This document shows positions 1-13,784 of a stretch of DNA of 64,000 bases, one piece after another. Numbering within the stretch: the first letter of the stretch is position 1; every line of letters begins with the position of its first letter. The stretch covers positions 56,482,001-56,546,000 of the forward strand of contig OZ024749.1 in assembly GCA_964016885.1 (NCBI GenBank), written 5' to 3'. This stretch comes from Eledone cirrhosa (Eukaryota). The position numbers and the translations under genes are program-made. The notes under the pieces are model-generated. The model searched no databases. It saw only the letters and a program-made list of their open reading frames with translations, and was not told the origin of the DNA.

Positions 1-85
1 ATATATATATGTATATGTATATGTGTATATATATGTATGTATATGTGTATATATATACATATATATATATACATATATACATATG

Positions 86-324
<239 letters not shown>

Positions 325-1208
325 GTATGTATTTATATATATATATAATTATAAAATGAATATAATTTTATATATATATATATACATATATATATCCAAA
401 CACACCTTTAGAATATTAATTAATATAAACTAATTAAACAGAGACAATTTTTCTCATTATTTAATATGCTATAATTAGCTGTTACCTCAATAACCAGAGA
501 AGATACAAGATACAATGTTTTGGCCTCGATACAGAGACAACCATAGCAGAAAGTTTATATAGAAGAGGAAGAGATAGAAACTAAATAAAATTAAATGAAA
601 GACAAAAATATGTGATTTTCTCAAATGATATTCTTTGATTAATATTTTGTGAAAAAAAAAAAATAATAATAATAAATAATAATGATAATAATAATTAGTT
701 TATAAATATATCAACTAATGATAATTTGGTTTTTGATCCATTCATTTAAAACTACAAACAGAAAGAAACGGAGAAACGCTGAGACAGAAATTATCAAAGA
801 CCGAATAAATTTGAAGAAATTAAATCAAGAAAAATACAATTTATTTTCAGAAGTTTCATAGAAGAATGTTAATGTTTGGTGTGATTTAGTGGGAAATATC
901 AGTGTCTGTAGTACCAGTGTCTTCAGTACCAAAGTCTCTAGTATCAGTGTCTAAAGTACCAAAGTCTCTATTACCAGTGCCTATAATAGCAGAGTTTCTG
1001 GTTAGTACCAGTGTCTAAAGTACCAAAGTCTCTAGTACCTGTGTCTAAAGTACCAAAGTCTCTAGTGGTTAGCACCACTATCTATAATACCAAATATCCT
1101 TACCTGTAAATATGTACTTTAATTAGAAATATGGTAATTAGAAATATGGTTAATGATAAAGGAAACCAACCCAAAATAAAACAGTAACAAACACACATCT
1201 ATCCTTAC

Positions 1209-1382
1209 CTGTAAATATGTACTTGTGAAGCAGTGGCAACAACTAAATACCCAAATGTGAATGATAACTTGATGATACGGTCTCTGAAGTCCAATTTATC
1301 TTTAGCGTCATCTAACACATTATGGACATCAATCTGGTTACTACTGACAACAGTTATAACAAAATTCTTCCATTCTAATCGT
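1209..1382 (-). CDS. IFT80: IFT80 coding exon: (R)RLEWKNFVITVVSSNQIDVHNVLDDAKDKLDFRDRIIKLSFTFGYLVVATASQVHIY(R/S)
   Basis: T15-GCAG| acceptor, AG|GTAAGG donor, 174 nt, phase 2-2; EWKNF and L.FRDR.IK motifs. The gene continues beyond position 1. Confidence 0.96.
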
Positions 1383-2568
1383 CTGCAAAAAAAAAAAAAA
1401 TAGGGGGAGGTGAAGTGGTGTAAAAAAGGGGGAGCGGAGGCGAGGTGGTGTAAAGAGGGGGGTGTAAAAAGGGGGAGCGGAGGCGAGGTGGTGTAAGGGG
1501 GGGGGGGGTGTAAAAAAGGGGGATGGGGTGAGGTGGTGGAAAGGGGGAGGGGTGAGGGGGAAAAAGGGGGGGGGGTGAAGTAGTGAAAAAAAAGGAGAGG
1601 TGAGATGGTGAAAAAAACACACAAGAAACAAACATCAGTTATTGTTGTTGCAGTGAACGTGATCCAATGAAGAAGCTTCTATGTGAGTCATGGCCAAACT
1701 GCAGCCTACAAGCCACATGTGGATCATTTGGCTCAAATGTTTTACTAGTGTGGCCCATCTTATGATGAGCCACATCCTATGTAGCTCAATGCTCGAAAAA
1801 GGTTGTAAACTAAATACGACAGAGGCCACCTCAGTGGAGTATTTATTACAATAGTGAGGAGTGAATTCCTTGGACAAACTTCTCACTTCTTCTCCAGACA
1901 CAACAGCCAAGGTATTCAGACTTGGGATTTCTTCATTGGACCTTTCCACATTCCATTCCCTCACGCACAATCACATATATATATATATATATATATACAT
2001 ACACAACCTCCCCACATACATATATACATATACATACATACACAACCACACATATATATACATACACAACCACATATATATATATACATACACAACCACA
2101 TATATATATATATACATACACAACCTCCCCACATACATATATACATATACATACATACACAACCACACATATATATACATACACAACCACATATATATAT
2201 ATATACATACACAACCACATATATATATATATACATACACAACCTCCCCACATACATATATACATATACATACATACACAACCACACATATATATACATA
2301 CACAACCACATATATATATATATACATACACAACCACATATATATATACATCTCAAGTGGGAAAACTCCCGTCCAAACCCATGCAAGCGTGGAATATGGA
2401 CATTAAACGATGATGATGATGATGATGATGATGACAACCACACATATATATATATATATATACACAAAACCACACATATATATATATACACAACCACACA
2501 TATATATATATATATTTATATATATATATATATATATACACAACCACACATATATATACATACACAAC

Positions 2569-2610
<42 letters not shown>

Positions 2611-2652
2611 ACCACATATATATATACAACCACATATATATATATACACAAC

Positions 2653-2700
<48 letters not shown>

Positions 2701-4132
2701 ACCACACACACATATATATATATATATACACACAACCACACATATATATATATATATATACACAACCACACATATATATATATATACATATACACAACCA
2801 CACATATATATATATATATATACATACACAACCATATATAGAGAGACAACCCCACACACACAACCCCATATACATACACACACACCAAATATGCTAACAG
2901 TAAATAATCCAGGTAATACATTATTCATTAGATGGTTTTAACATAACATCTGGTCTGTTGTGGATTCAACCACACACACAGACACACACATAGATATAAT
3001 GACATGCACACGCACACACTTCCACTTAAAATTCCAATTGCTGACAATCTGCTGTAGTAATACCACAGATTAATATTGACCACACACACACACATAGACA
3101 CACAACACAGACACACAAAACACACATAACACACATACACAACACACACAAATATACACATGAACACACACACACAACATAGAGTCACACACACAGAGGG
3201 GTAATAAGTTTTCACTATATGTACATCAACATTACAGCAGAGTGAACAATATTTTACAGCACATTTCACAGGAATATATTCAGATTAATAGCAAGGACAC
3301 AGACGAAAATATGTATTTCATTAGATCTTCTTATAATAATAACTGCTCCTTTCCTCATTCATCTCGATCATCTCACTCATTTAGCTGGGTCATCTAAGTC
3401 TGCAGCAGACAACAACATAGAACTATAGACTATAGAACAATGGAACTATGAAAGTACTTAATGGCAAGGACACACATGAAATATATATATTTCATTATAT
3501 TTTCTTATAATAGCTCAATTCCCGCCGAGATTTACTTTGCCTTTCATCCTTACGGGGGTCGATAAAATAAAGTACCAGTAATGTACTGGGATAATTGCTG
3601 GCCTTGTGCCAAAAGTAGAAACAATTATATTTTCTTATAATAGCTGATCCCTTCCACATTCAACTGGATCATCTGGACCTGCAGTAGACAACAAGATGAA
3701 ACTATACAACTATGGGATTACTTTCAAAATAGGAAGTGATTCCCTATCTATATTTTCTACTTGGCAAACCACAAATAAATCTAAGCCCTCTTTAAAAGGC
3801 ACTCAGTACCCCTCATGAAGGGACTGGCATTTGAATGGTAAAAATGTGATTATAATGTTGTAGGTTCAATTCCTGGACTGGGTTGTCAGTTGTGTTCACT
3901 CCAGTATACTCAGCTAAAAATGAGTGCCATCCATAGAACCCTGCAATGGACTGGTGTCCTGTCTAGGGGGAAGTCTTGTTTCTTAGTCACTTAATGCCAC
4001 AGAAACTGGAATAAACACCAGCCTGATGATCCTCCCGACTCGAGACAGACTTTTAGAACAAAAGGATTTAAATAATTAATAATTAAATCAAATACAGTAA
4101 CGAAAGGATTAAAATAATTCGAATTAACATAC

Positions 4133-4257
4133 CTGTCAACAAGATGACCAATAATCACTTGACCAATGCCACAAGCACCAGCAACTTGAGTTCCATCAGA
4201 TGACCAAGCCAAACAAAAAATGCTTCCTGTGTTGGGCTTTTCCAGAGCATATGACCA
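4133..4257 (-). CDS. IFT80: IFT80 coding exon: [41 protein letters not shown](R)
   Basis: TTTTTATAG| acceptor, AG|GTATGT donor, 125 nt, phase 0-2; [14 protein letters not shown] is characteristic of IFT80. Confidence 0.97.
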
Positions 4258-4289
4258 CTATAAAAAAATAAGAAAAACTATTGTTAAAA

Positions 4290-5122
4290 CCATCATGACA
4301 TTAGAAAACATATTTTCATGCTCAGAGTTTTAGAAGCATCGAACAAACTACCTGCATCGGCTGTTAGCTGCCGAGACACTGCATCCTTTAAAACCTCCAT
4401 GGAACAAACTACCTGCATCAGTTGTTAGCTGCCGAGACACTGCATCCTTTAAAACCTCCATGGAACAAACTACCTGCATCAGTTGTTAGCTGCCGAGACA
4501 CTGCATCCTTTAAAACCTCCATCGAACTAACTACCTGCATCGGTTGTTAGCTGCCGAGACACTGCATCCTTTAAAACCTCCATGGAACAAACTACCTGCA
4601 TCAGTTGTTAGCTGCCGAGACACTGCATCCTTTAAAACCTCCATGGAACAAACTACCTGCATCAGTTGTTAGCTGCCGAGACACTGCATCCTTTAAAACC
4701 TCCATCGAACTAACTACCTGCATCGGTTGTTAGCTGCCGAGACACTGCTTCCTTTAAAACCTCCATGGAACAAACTACCTGCATCGGTTGTTAGCTGGCG
4801 AGACACTGCTTCCTTTAAAACCTCCATCGAACAAACTACCTGCATCGGTTGTTAGCTGCCGAGACACTGCATCCTTTAAAACCTCCATAGAACAAACTAC
4901 CTGCATCGGTTGGTAGCTGCCGAGACACTGCATCCTTTAAAAGCTAGATGCTTCCTTAAAATCGCCAACACTACATCTGATGTCTATACACCACATGTAT
5001 ATCATGACTCATACACTGTTCTCTTTCCTGGCATTTGGACATTATTCTATGTAGTATACATACACCTTTGATGAGTTCCAGTGCACCTGAGCACTGTACA
5101 CGATAATATTATTATTATTATT
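4290..5122 (+). mobile_element. CR1-like LINE 3' fragment with internal tandem amplification
   Basis: Homologous to 43560-43930 (HFFMLR..EAWNKLP), same 3' UTR and (ATT)n tail. Confidence 0.8.
4340..4942. repeat. 61-bp minisatellite, about 10 copies
   Basis: unit ggaacaaactacctgcatcagttgttagctgccgagacactgcatcctttaaaacctccat. Confidence 0.95.
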
Positions 5123-5807
5123 ATTAGTCAGATTCTTGATTATTTTATAAATTCTTTGAAAATAATTGTTTCCGTCATTCATTAGAAGTACAGTAATGAA
5201 AGGGTTAAGGAAAAGTGTATCTAGAACTACATTATCTTGAATAGCCACAGGTCTTCTTCTATGAAGCTTCAGTAGTTTTAAGAATTGGTAAACTGAAGAG
5301 ACAGCAGAACAAGACTATTACTATATTTACTGGAGTTCAACAGATTTCTGTGATACACCAATAAGAAATCCATTTCTATATACATTTAATGAAGGGATTA
5401 TGAAGGTAGGTGAAATAAAAGTGAACCAGAAGAAATAATTGAATCAGATGACTTTGGAAACTCTCTGGGAAATTGGTTAAACCTAATCTTATATATAATG
5501 AAACTAAATTCTATTAGATCCAAAACTAAGACCAATTAAAAAAAAAATGCAACAAACCATGTTTTAATGAGATAATGTCTCAAAGGGAACTGAAGCTCAA
5601 TTGGTTTCCAGAAATTTCAATGAGTTTCTAACTTCCAACTAAATATGTCGTTTGGAGAATTGAAACTTAAAGGAAACAACTGTGTTTTTCCCAAACCATT
5701 ACTTAATCCACACAACCCTATCTGAAATATATCACAGAGCAACAGCTTTTTACACTTTTGCAACTACTAACAATTATAGACACAGTAACTGATAAATCAG
5801 AAAAATC

Positions 5808-5844
<37 letters not shown>

Positions 5845-5849
5845 TATAA

Positions 5850-6070
5850 GGGTAGTGGATTGGCAGAATCGGTAGAGCGTCGGACAACAAGCTTTACAGC
5901 ATAGAGTTATGGCCCTTTACATTCTGAGTTCAAATCATGCCAAGGTTAACTTTGCCTTTCATCCTTACAGGGTCGATAAAATAAAGTACCAGTCACACAC
6001 TGGGGTCAATTTAATCGACTTTCCCCTCCCCCAAAATTGCTGGCCTTGTGCCTATATAAGAAACCATTAT
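5850..6070 (+). mobile_element. tRNA-derived SINE, family A; a second copy follows at about 6083-6235
   Basis: A box tggcagaatcggtagagcg, B box gagttcaaatc, body tttgcctttcatccttacagggtcgataaaataaagtaccag. Confidence 0.85.
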
Positions 6071-6844
6071 TTTAGTACTCCTTGGCAGTGTCGGTAGAGG
6101 GTCAGACGCCATTCTGAGTTCAAATATCGCCGAGGTTAACTTTGCCTTTCATCGTTACAGGGTCGATAAAATAAAGTACCAGTAATGCACTGGGTAATTG
6201 CTGGCCTTGTGCCAAAAGTAGAAACAATTATTTCAGTACTCCTTGGAAAAGGCTTGTGGGAACATTATGCTCGACTGGAGTAATTTGGGAAATATAGAAT
6301 TAAGCCATATGATACTGACAGATGGAAACCAATTTAATCTAAAGTTAACAACAAATATGAGTTAACAGAGCTGAAGATATGTAAAGTTGTAGCTAGGAGG
6401 AACAACAATGAGAAGAGTTTAATGTAAATGATATTATACAGGTGATAGTTAAAGTCTCTTATATACACTTTTGTTGTTGTCTTCCTTCAAATCATCATAG
6501 TTTTAACACTTATTTTTCTATTATTGCTAACAACAATTGGACAAATCTGTAGTATATAATGTTCGAAGAGGGTCTCTTTCTAGATGGAGCCCTGTTTTGC
6601 AAGGGGTGCCCTGGACATTTGCCCCCTCTGCCCACTGATAAAACAGCCCTGCATATAATATATATGCTGCTACACTAACACAACTGTATTTTTTACATAC
6701 ATGAATCAAAATCTTTGATGTACACCACACAACTACACGACAAACTGTGCAAAATGTAAAAAGATAGCTTTTATGCACAGTACTAATTTCATCTAAGTTA
6801 ACACCGCATAACAATAAATCAACATGACTTGTCTGTCACACATA

Positions 6845-7112
6845 TAGAGAAATAGATACAGAGAGGGAGATATATATATATAGAGAGAGGGATAGATAGA
6901 TATAGAAATAGGTATAGAGAGGGGGATAGATAGATATAGAAATAGGTATAGAGAGGGATAGATAGATATAGAAATAGGTATAGAGAGGGGGATAGATAGA
7001 TATAGAAATAGGTATAGAGAGGGGGATAGATAGATATAGAAATAGGTATAGAGAGGGATAGATAGATATAGAAATAGGTATAGAGAGGGATAGATAGACA
7101 GACAGATAGATA
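6845..7112. repeat. 32-34-bp minisatellite
   Basis: unit gatagatagatatagaaataggtatagagaggg(gg). Confidence 0.9.
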
Positions 7113-7380
7113 TATGGGCAGATATAAAGCAAAGAATAATGAGAGGTGGAAGCAGTGATGGAGGTGAGACATCATTTCTAGAGTTACTGATTAGATACAA
7201 GGATCAGAGATAGCAAGCTTGTGTAAGGCCTTTAACAACAGTTCATAAAACAACAAATACTGGCATCCTTGTATAGAGTTCCATCTAAAACAAACACCAG
7301 CACATGCAGATTTTACACAACCCACTGATCATCAAACATAAAACGACATATATATTGAATTTCCAAGCTGTTATATATAT

Positions 7381-7442
<62 letters not shown>

Positions 7443-7569
7443 GCATATATATACATACATATATACATTTATACATACATATATACATTTATACATACAT
7501 ATATACATTTATACATACATATATATATTTATATACATACATATATATATTTATATACATACATATATA

Positions 7570-7645
<76 letters not shown>

Positions 7646-8287
7646 TACATACATATATATATATAAATATATATATAAATACTTCATTTTCGCATTTGTT
7701 TTGCAATATTCATGATGTGAAATTGTGTGTTAAAACAAAAATTGAGTCCACTGATGTAGTGGCCTGCCAGTCACAGCCTTCCTCTACAGGTTCTTTCCTC
7801 GGTAGGTTACCAGAGCACTAACCTCTTTACCACCTCACCACTGTGCCCAATGTAGTGCCCTGCAGGTCACAGCCTTCTTTGTTGAAATTTTAAGTGAAAC
7901 TTTTGGAAGAACATCATAAAATTCCCCATTTGTTACATGGCTTTTCCATGACACAATCAGTGCCATTCTAAACATTCTGGTGTAGCAACCATCAAAATAT
8001 TTCTTACTTTCTTTAACCCTTTAGCATTTACATTACTCTATATTTACTATTATATTTTCACGGTAAAGACTTTACCTCATATAAATATCTCACATAATAT
8101 CAAATCTATGAGATTTGGATATTATTTATTTTGAGAACAATACCATAACATCAGTATAAATGGCTAGTTACAGCCAGTTGGAACAGAAAGAGATGAAAGA
8201 ATTCTGGCCGGATATGGCCAGTTTATGGCTTTTATAAGTCTCCTCCACCAAAAAAAGAACATTTTCCAAATTAATTACTTAAGTATT

Positions 8288-8632
8288 ATTTTAGTTGACA
8301 CCATTACTTATTTAGTTGACACTGTCCCTTATTTAGTTGACACTGTCCCTTATTTAGTTGACACTGTTCCTTATTTAGTTGACTGTTCCTTATTTAGTTG
8401 ACACCATTCCTTATTTAGTTGACACTGCCCCTTATTTAGTTGACACTGTCCCTTATTTAGTTGACACTGTTCCTTATTTAGTTGACACTGTTCCTTATTT
8501 AGTTGACTGTCCCTTATTTAGTTGACACCGTTCTTTATTTAGTTGACACTGTCCCTTATTTTGTTGACACTGTCCCTTATTTAGTTGACGCAGTTCCTTT
8601 ATTTTATTTTAAGTGACATTGTTCCTTATTTA
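8288..8632. repeat. 21-bp minisatellite
   Basis: unit cttatttagttgacactgtcc, about 15 copies. Confidence 0.92.
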
Positions 8633-9902
8633 AATATTTGTTTAAAAAACAAAACCTGTTCTCCTTTAATTAATTACTTCGTAAACATTGTTTGTAGTTA
8701 AATTGTTCCCCTAAGTCGAGGCCTGCTTTTATTTAAATTTTCCAATTCTACAGTAACGCTTATTAACTTAAATAATGCTTGTTTGTTTGCATGCTCTCTC
8801 TTTCTCTCTCTCTCTCTATTTCTCTCTCTCTCTCTCTAGCTTTCTCTCTCTCTCTCTCTAGCTTTCTCTCTCTCTCCCTCTAGCTTTCTCTTTCTCTCTC
8901 TCCCTTCTCTCTTTCTTTCCTGAGCTACATCTCTCTCTCTCTCCCCTGATATCTCTCCCTCCCTCTTTCCCTATCTCACTCTCTCACTGCTTCCCTAATC
9001 AGCTTATTGATAATTAATATATATTAATTAATTGATTCATTACATCTTAAGGATTGTATTTAGTTAAATTATTCCCTTAAGTCGAGAGACTGTTCGTTGT
9101 TGTTTTTTAACTAAATTTCTTCAGCCAGAAAAAAAAAATAATAAATTAAAACAAAAATACATGTTAACCTAATTAATTACTGAAGAATTGTTTTTAATTA
9201 AATTGTTCCCCTAAGTCAAGATTGTTCCTGCTTTTCAATAAATCTCTATGGAACCTAAACCTCCCCTCCTACCAAAAAAAGAAATGTTTTCTCCTCACTG
9301 ATACTACCACCACTACCACTCCTACCCCCACTACTACCACCACTACCACTCCTACCCCCACTACCACCACCACTACCACTCCTACCCCCACTACCACTCC
9401 TACCCCCACTACTACCACCACTACCACTCCTACCCCCATTACCACCACCACTACCACTCCTACCCCCACTACTACCACCACTACCCCCACCACCACCACC
9501 ACCTCCACCACTTCTAACACTAGATTTCATCTTTTAAGATTATATATTTTGAATACAGGAAATCTCTCTGTACATGTGCAGCCCAGTTCCGATAGTGATA
9601 CTCAATATTGGAACTGAAATCTCCCATTAACAGCAATTTATCTGTGGGAGGGATGTTGCATAATGTAGGTGGTTACAGAATACTCCCTTGCTTTCATTGG
9701 GGTTTGTCCTAGTTGGTTCACGTGTCTGTGTTAGCACTCCATCGGTTCCATCAATGAGTGTCCCAGTTGTTTGATCGATGATACCACCTGCTCCAAATTA
9801 ATAGCAATTTATCTGTGGGAGGGATGTTACATAATGTAGGTGCTAACTACTTACAGAATATTTCCTTGCTGTCATTGGGGTTTGTTGTTTGATAATTCCT
9901 CT

Positions 9903-10445
9903 GTATATAGTGGTACTCTGATGTGTATATAGTGGTACTCTGATGGTATGTAGTGGTACTCTGATATATATAGTGGTACTCTGATGTATATAGTGGTACT
10001 CTGATGGTATATAGTGGTACTCTGATGGTATATAGTGGTACTCTGATGTATATAGTGGTACTCTGATGGTATATAGTGGTACTCTGATGGTATATAGTGG
10101 TACTCTGATATATATAGTGGTACTCTGATGTATATATAGTGGTACTCTGATGGTATATAGTGGTACTCTGATGTATATAGTGGTACTCTGATGTGTATAT
10201 AGTGGTACTCTGATATATATAGTGGTACTCTGATGGTATATAGTGGTACTCTGATGGTATATAGTGGTACTCTGATGGTATATAGTGGTACTCTGATGGT
10301 ATATAGTGGTACTCTGATGGTATATAGTGGTACTCTGATGGTATATAGTGGTACTCTGATGGTATATAGTGGTACTCTGATGGTATATAGTGGTACTCTG
10401 ATGGTATATAGTGGTACTCTGATATATATAGTGGTACTCTGATGT
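9903..10445. repeat. 21-bp minisatellite
   Basis: unit tatatagtggtactctgatgg, about 26 copies. Confidence 0.95.
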
Positions 10446-10573
10446 ATATATATATATATATCCAGGGAGTGTAACATGAAGTTACTGTAGGTTCACCCGG
10501 GTGAGCACTCAATGTTTAGGTTCACTTCAATGGTGGGGTGTAGAGCTAGACAGAGTGTAAATATGATAATATA

Positions 10574-10709
10574 ATAATACACGGATGATTTTTAAGCCTT
10601 CATTACATTTATTGATTGATACAGATCGAACCTTGAGCTGATCAATAGCGAAACACACGTCACCAATCAATAAACGTAATGAAGGCTTAACAAATCGTCC
10701 TTGTATTAT
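10574..10709. repeat. imperfect inverted repeat, arms about 45 bp
   Basis: ttaagccttcattacatttattgattg / caatcaataaacgtaatgaaggcttaa; the loop holds a hammerhead-like 3' half. Confidence 0.85.
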
Positions 10710-10830
10710 ATATATAGTTGTGTATAATGGTAGCTATGGTGCTTCCATAGACGGTATGCCAAAATTAGCACTCAATATTCAGCAGAGTAGAGTGCAGATA
10801 GTGATAACATTTGCTCCGAATGAAATACCC

Positions 10831-10919
10831 GTGTCTGAAGGAACCTGCAGTCGTAGAATCAGCCAGATCCATACAGGGACCATGTCTCGAGCTACCTGCC
10901 GGCGAAACAATTGTAACAC
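10831..10919 (+). other. hammerhead-like motif with a 50-nt insertion between CUGA and GA
   Basis: GTGT-CTGA-[50 nt]-GA-GCT/ACCTGCC/GGC-GAAA-CAATTG-TA-ACAC; related copies near 10626, 51438-51565 and 53140-53235. Confidence 0.45.
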
Positions 10920-10965
10920 ATAATAAATTAAGTCCAGATGCATCACTGATTTTTCGTTTTCTTTA

Positions 10966-11034
<69 letters not shown>

Positions 11035-11037
<3 letters not shown>

Positions 11038-11458
11038 GAGTGAGTTTCTTGGTCAGTGTCCAAGTCTCAGACCCGTTCAGCAATACAGACTCCACCGTAG
11101 ATGGTGGATGGGTGCTACACAAGAATGCTGAGCATGGCTCTGAACATTAATCAGTATACACTGAGGATGAAGAACTGAGAGCTGTACGGGAGCCTCCCAA
11201 AACCCAGCTCGAGAGTGGCACAGAGGAGACTGAGGTTAGCTGGACATGCTCACCGACATCCAGAGGTGACACTGCACTCAGTGCTCCTGTGGGAGCCCCT
11301 GCATGGACACACTGGAAGAGGAAGACCGAAGTTAACATATGTTGATGCCCTAAGAACAGACACTGGTCTCTTGGAGACGCAGGACATGGCAGCAATAATG
11401 AGGGACAGAGACCGCTGGAGAGAACTCCTACATGGATCTTGGGAATTTTACCTGCCCT

Positions 11459-11460
<2 letters not shown>
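11035..11460 (+). mobile_element. RTE-clade LINE 3' fragment inside (TA)n
   Basis: RRLRLAGH..RH...LLWEP.HG..GRGRP.LTYVD.L..DTG...M.DR..WR motif. Confidence 0.85.
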
Positions 11461-11491
<31 letters not shown>

Positions 11492-11786
11492 AAATCTAAC
11501 AGCAAATGCATATGAGTTTTTTCTTGTTGTTGTTGTTATTGTAATTTGCATCGGTTGTAAAGGGGAATAATGTAGGGATTTATTGTATTACCTTAACTGT
11601 AGCCATCATCATCACAGTCAAATTAGAAAAAACAAGTAATGAGAAAACCTAATAACATTATCATACATACTTCATAAATAATTACTCTGTTGTGTATTTA
11701 GGTTTTTTTAACTAATTTCCTTAGAGATGTGTTTATATCAAATATCAGTTATTCTATACTGCTCTCCTCCTATTTTGTTTGGTTAT

Positions 11787-11826
<40 letters not shown>

Positions 11827-12091
11827 TGTGTGTGTGAGTGTGTGTAGATATATATATATAGGTGTGTATGAGTATGTGTGTGTATATATATATATACATA
11901 TGTGTGCGTGCGTGTGTGTGTGTATATATATATATATATGCATGTGTGTATATATATATATATATTTAGAGAGAGAGACATACATAAATATATATACATA
12001 CATGATCATCATCATTTAACATCCGTTTTATATTTATATATATACACACGTACACATATATATATACATATATCATCATCATCATTTAACG

Positions 12092-12216
12092 CCCATTTTA
12101 TATTATATATACATACATTCATATATCATGATCATCATGTTATATATATATATATATATATATACATACATATATATATATACATGTATATATGTATATA
12201 TATGTATGTATATATG

Positions 12217-12270
<54 letters not shown>

Positions 12271-12357
12271 TATATACATACATATATATATACATGTATA
12301 TATATATACATATATATATATATATACATACATATATATATATACATACATATATAT

Positions 12358-12425
<68 letters not shown>

Positions 12426-12512
12426 AGCTATGTGATAATGAGTTTCCATCAAATAACTGAAATGTCCATTTTATATTATATATACATACATTCATATATC
12501 ATGATCATCATG

Positions 12513-12569
<57 letters not shown>

Positions 12570-12687
12570 TATATACATGTATATATATGTATATATAAAT
12601 ATATACATATATACATGTATATATATATACATACATATATACATGTACATATATGTATATATATATATATATACATACATATATACA

Positions 12688-12724
<37 letters not shown>

Positions 12725-12764
12725 CAAGCTATGTGATAATGAGTTTCCATCAAATAACTGAAAT
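12092..12764. repeat. tandem duplication of a 300-370-bp (TA)-rich unit
   Basis: ccattttatattatatatacatacattcatatatcatgatcatcatg...atcaagctatgtgataatgagtttccatcaaataactgaaat occurs twice. Confidence 0.85.
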
Positions 12765-13784
12765 ACAATCTAAGAGTAGCGCAGCTGGGGAGGAGAAGGA
12801 GCAGGAGAGGGAGGTTCAACTCTCATAAATGTTATTTATGTTCTTTCTACTTCCCTTAGTTAGAGCTTTACAACTACAACATTCGGTGTCTCCTTACATA
12901 TTACCATTAACCACTAATAACTCCACTTCTAACACACAAACAACATCAACAAATTTGTCAGATTTTCAGTGCTCTACATTCGATTCTTAACCTTCAGCAT
13001 GCTGAATTCTTTTATGAATTGTCTCCCTTGACATTGCATTATACATTAAGGGAAGATTACTCTGTTATAGCAATCTGTCGCCGACAGCGTGTTAAAGGTT
13101 AAACAAGGTACATCATTCTACGTACATACTTTGGATTAGTTAATCCTTTGTAAACTCTTTGAAACAGAAGCTGGTTCTATGAAACAAAGTCACCTATTTT
13201 AGCCCTTTAGTTACCAACCCAACCAAAACTCTCTCTGGTTTTATGAAACAAAATCACCTATTTTAACCCTTTAGTTACCAACCCAACCAAAACTCTCTCT
13301 GGTTCTATGAAACAAAGTCACCTATTTTAGCCCTTTAGTTGCCAACCCAACCAAAACTCTCTCTGGTACTATGAAATAAAACCACCCATTTTAAAGGTTT
13401 ACAATTTAAATTAAAATCTTAAAATTTAAATTAAGTTCCTGTCTTAGTAATGAAATGATTAATAATTAGTAAATCCCTCAGAATTCTTCATTAATTAATT
13501 AAAATACAGGGTTCCTATTTAAATTAAAATGTTCCAACAAATATATATAAGAACCTTACATTAAGCTACTATCTTAGTAATGAAATAATTGTTAATTTTA
13601 GTAAATCCCTCAAAATTCTTCATTTAAAATGAATTAAAATAGAGTGTATTTCATTGGAAATGCAGTCATGAAGGTGTTTAACAAGGTAGATCATTCTACA
13701 TATTTTCTAAACGATGATGATAATGGTGAAGTTAATCCTTTCATTACTGTACTACCAGAAAGTGAAGTCAACTATTTTAAAGGG

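Noticed and set aside
7745-7885. TCACAGCC (miR-2-like seed) twice
   Set aside because: Short direct repeat with no pre-miRNA hairpin; I recognised no conserved animal miRNA in the window.
9903-10445. CRISPR-like appearance of the 21-bp arrays (also 8288-8632 and 4340-4942)
   Set aside because: No unique spacers, no cas genes, eukaryotic context: minisatellites.
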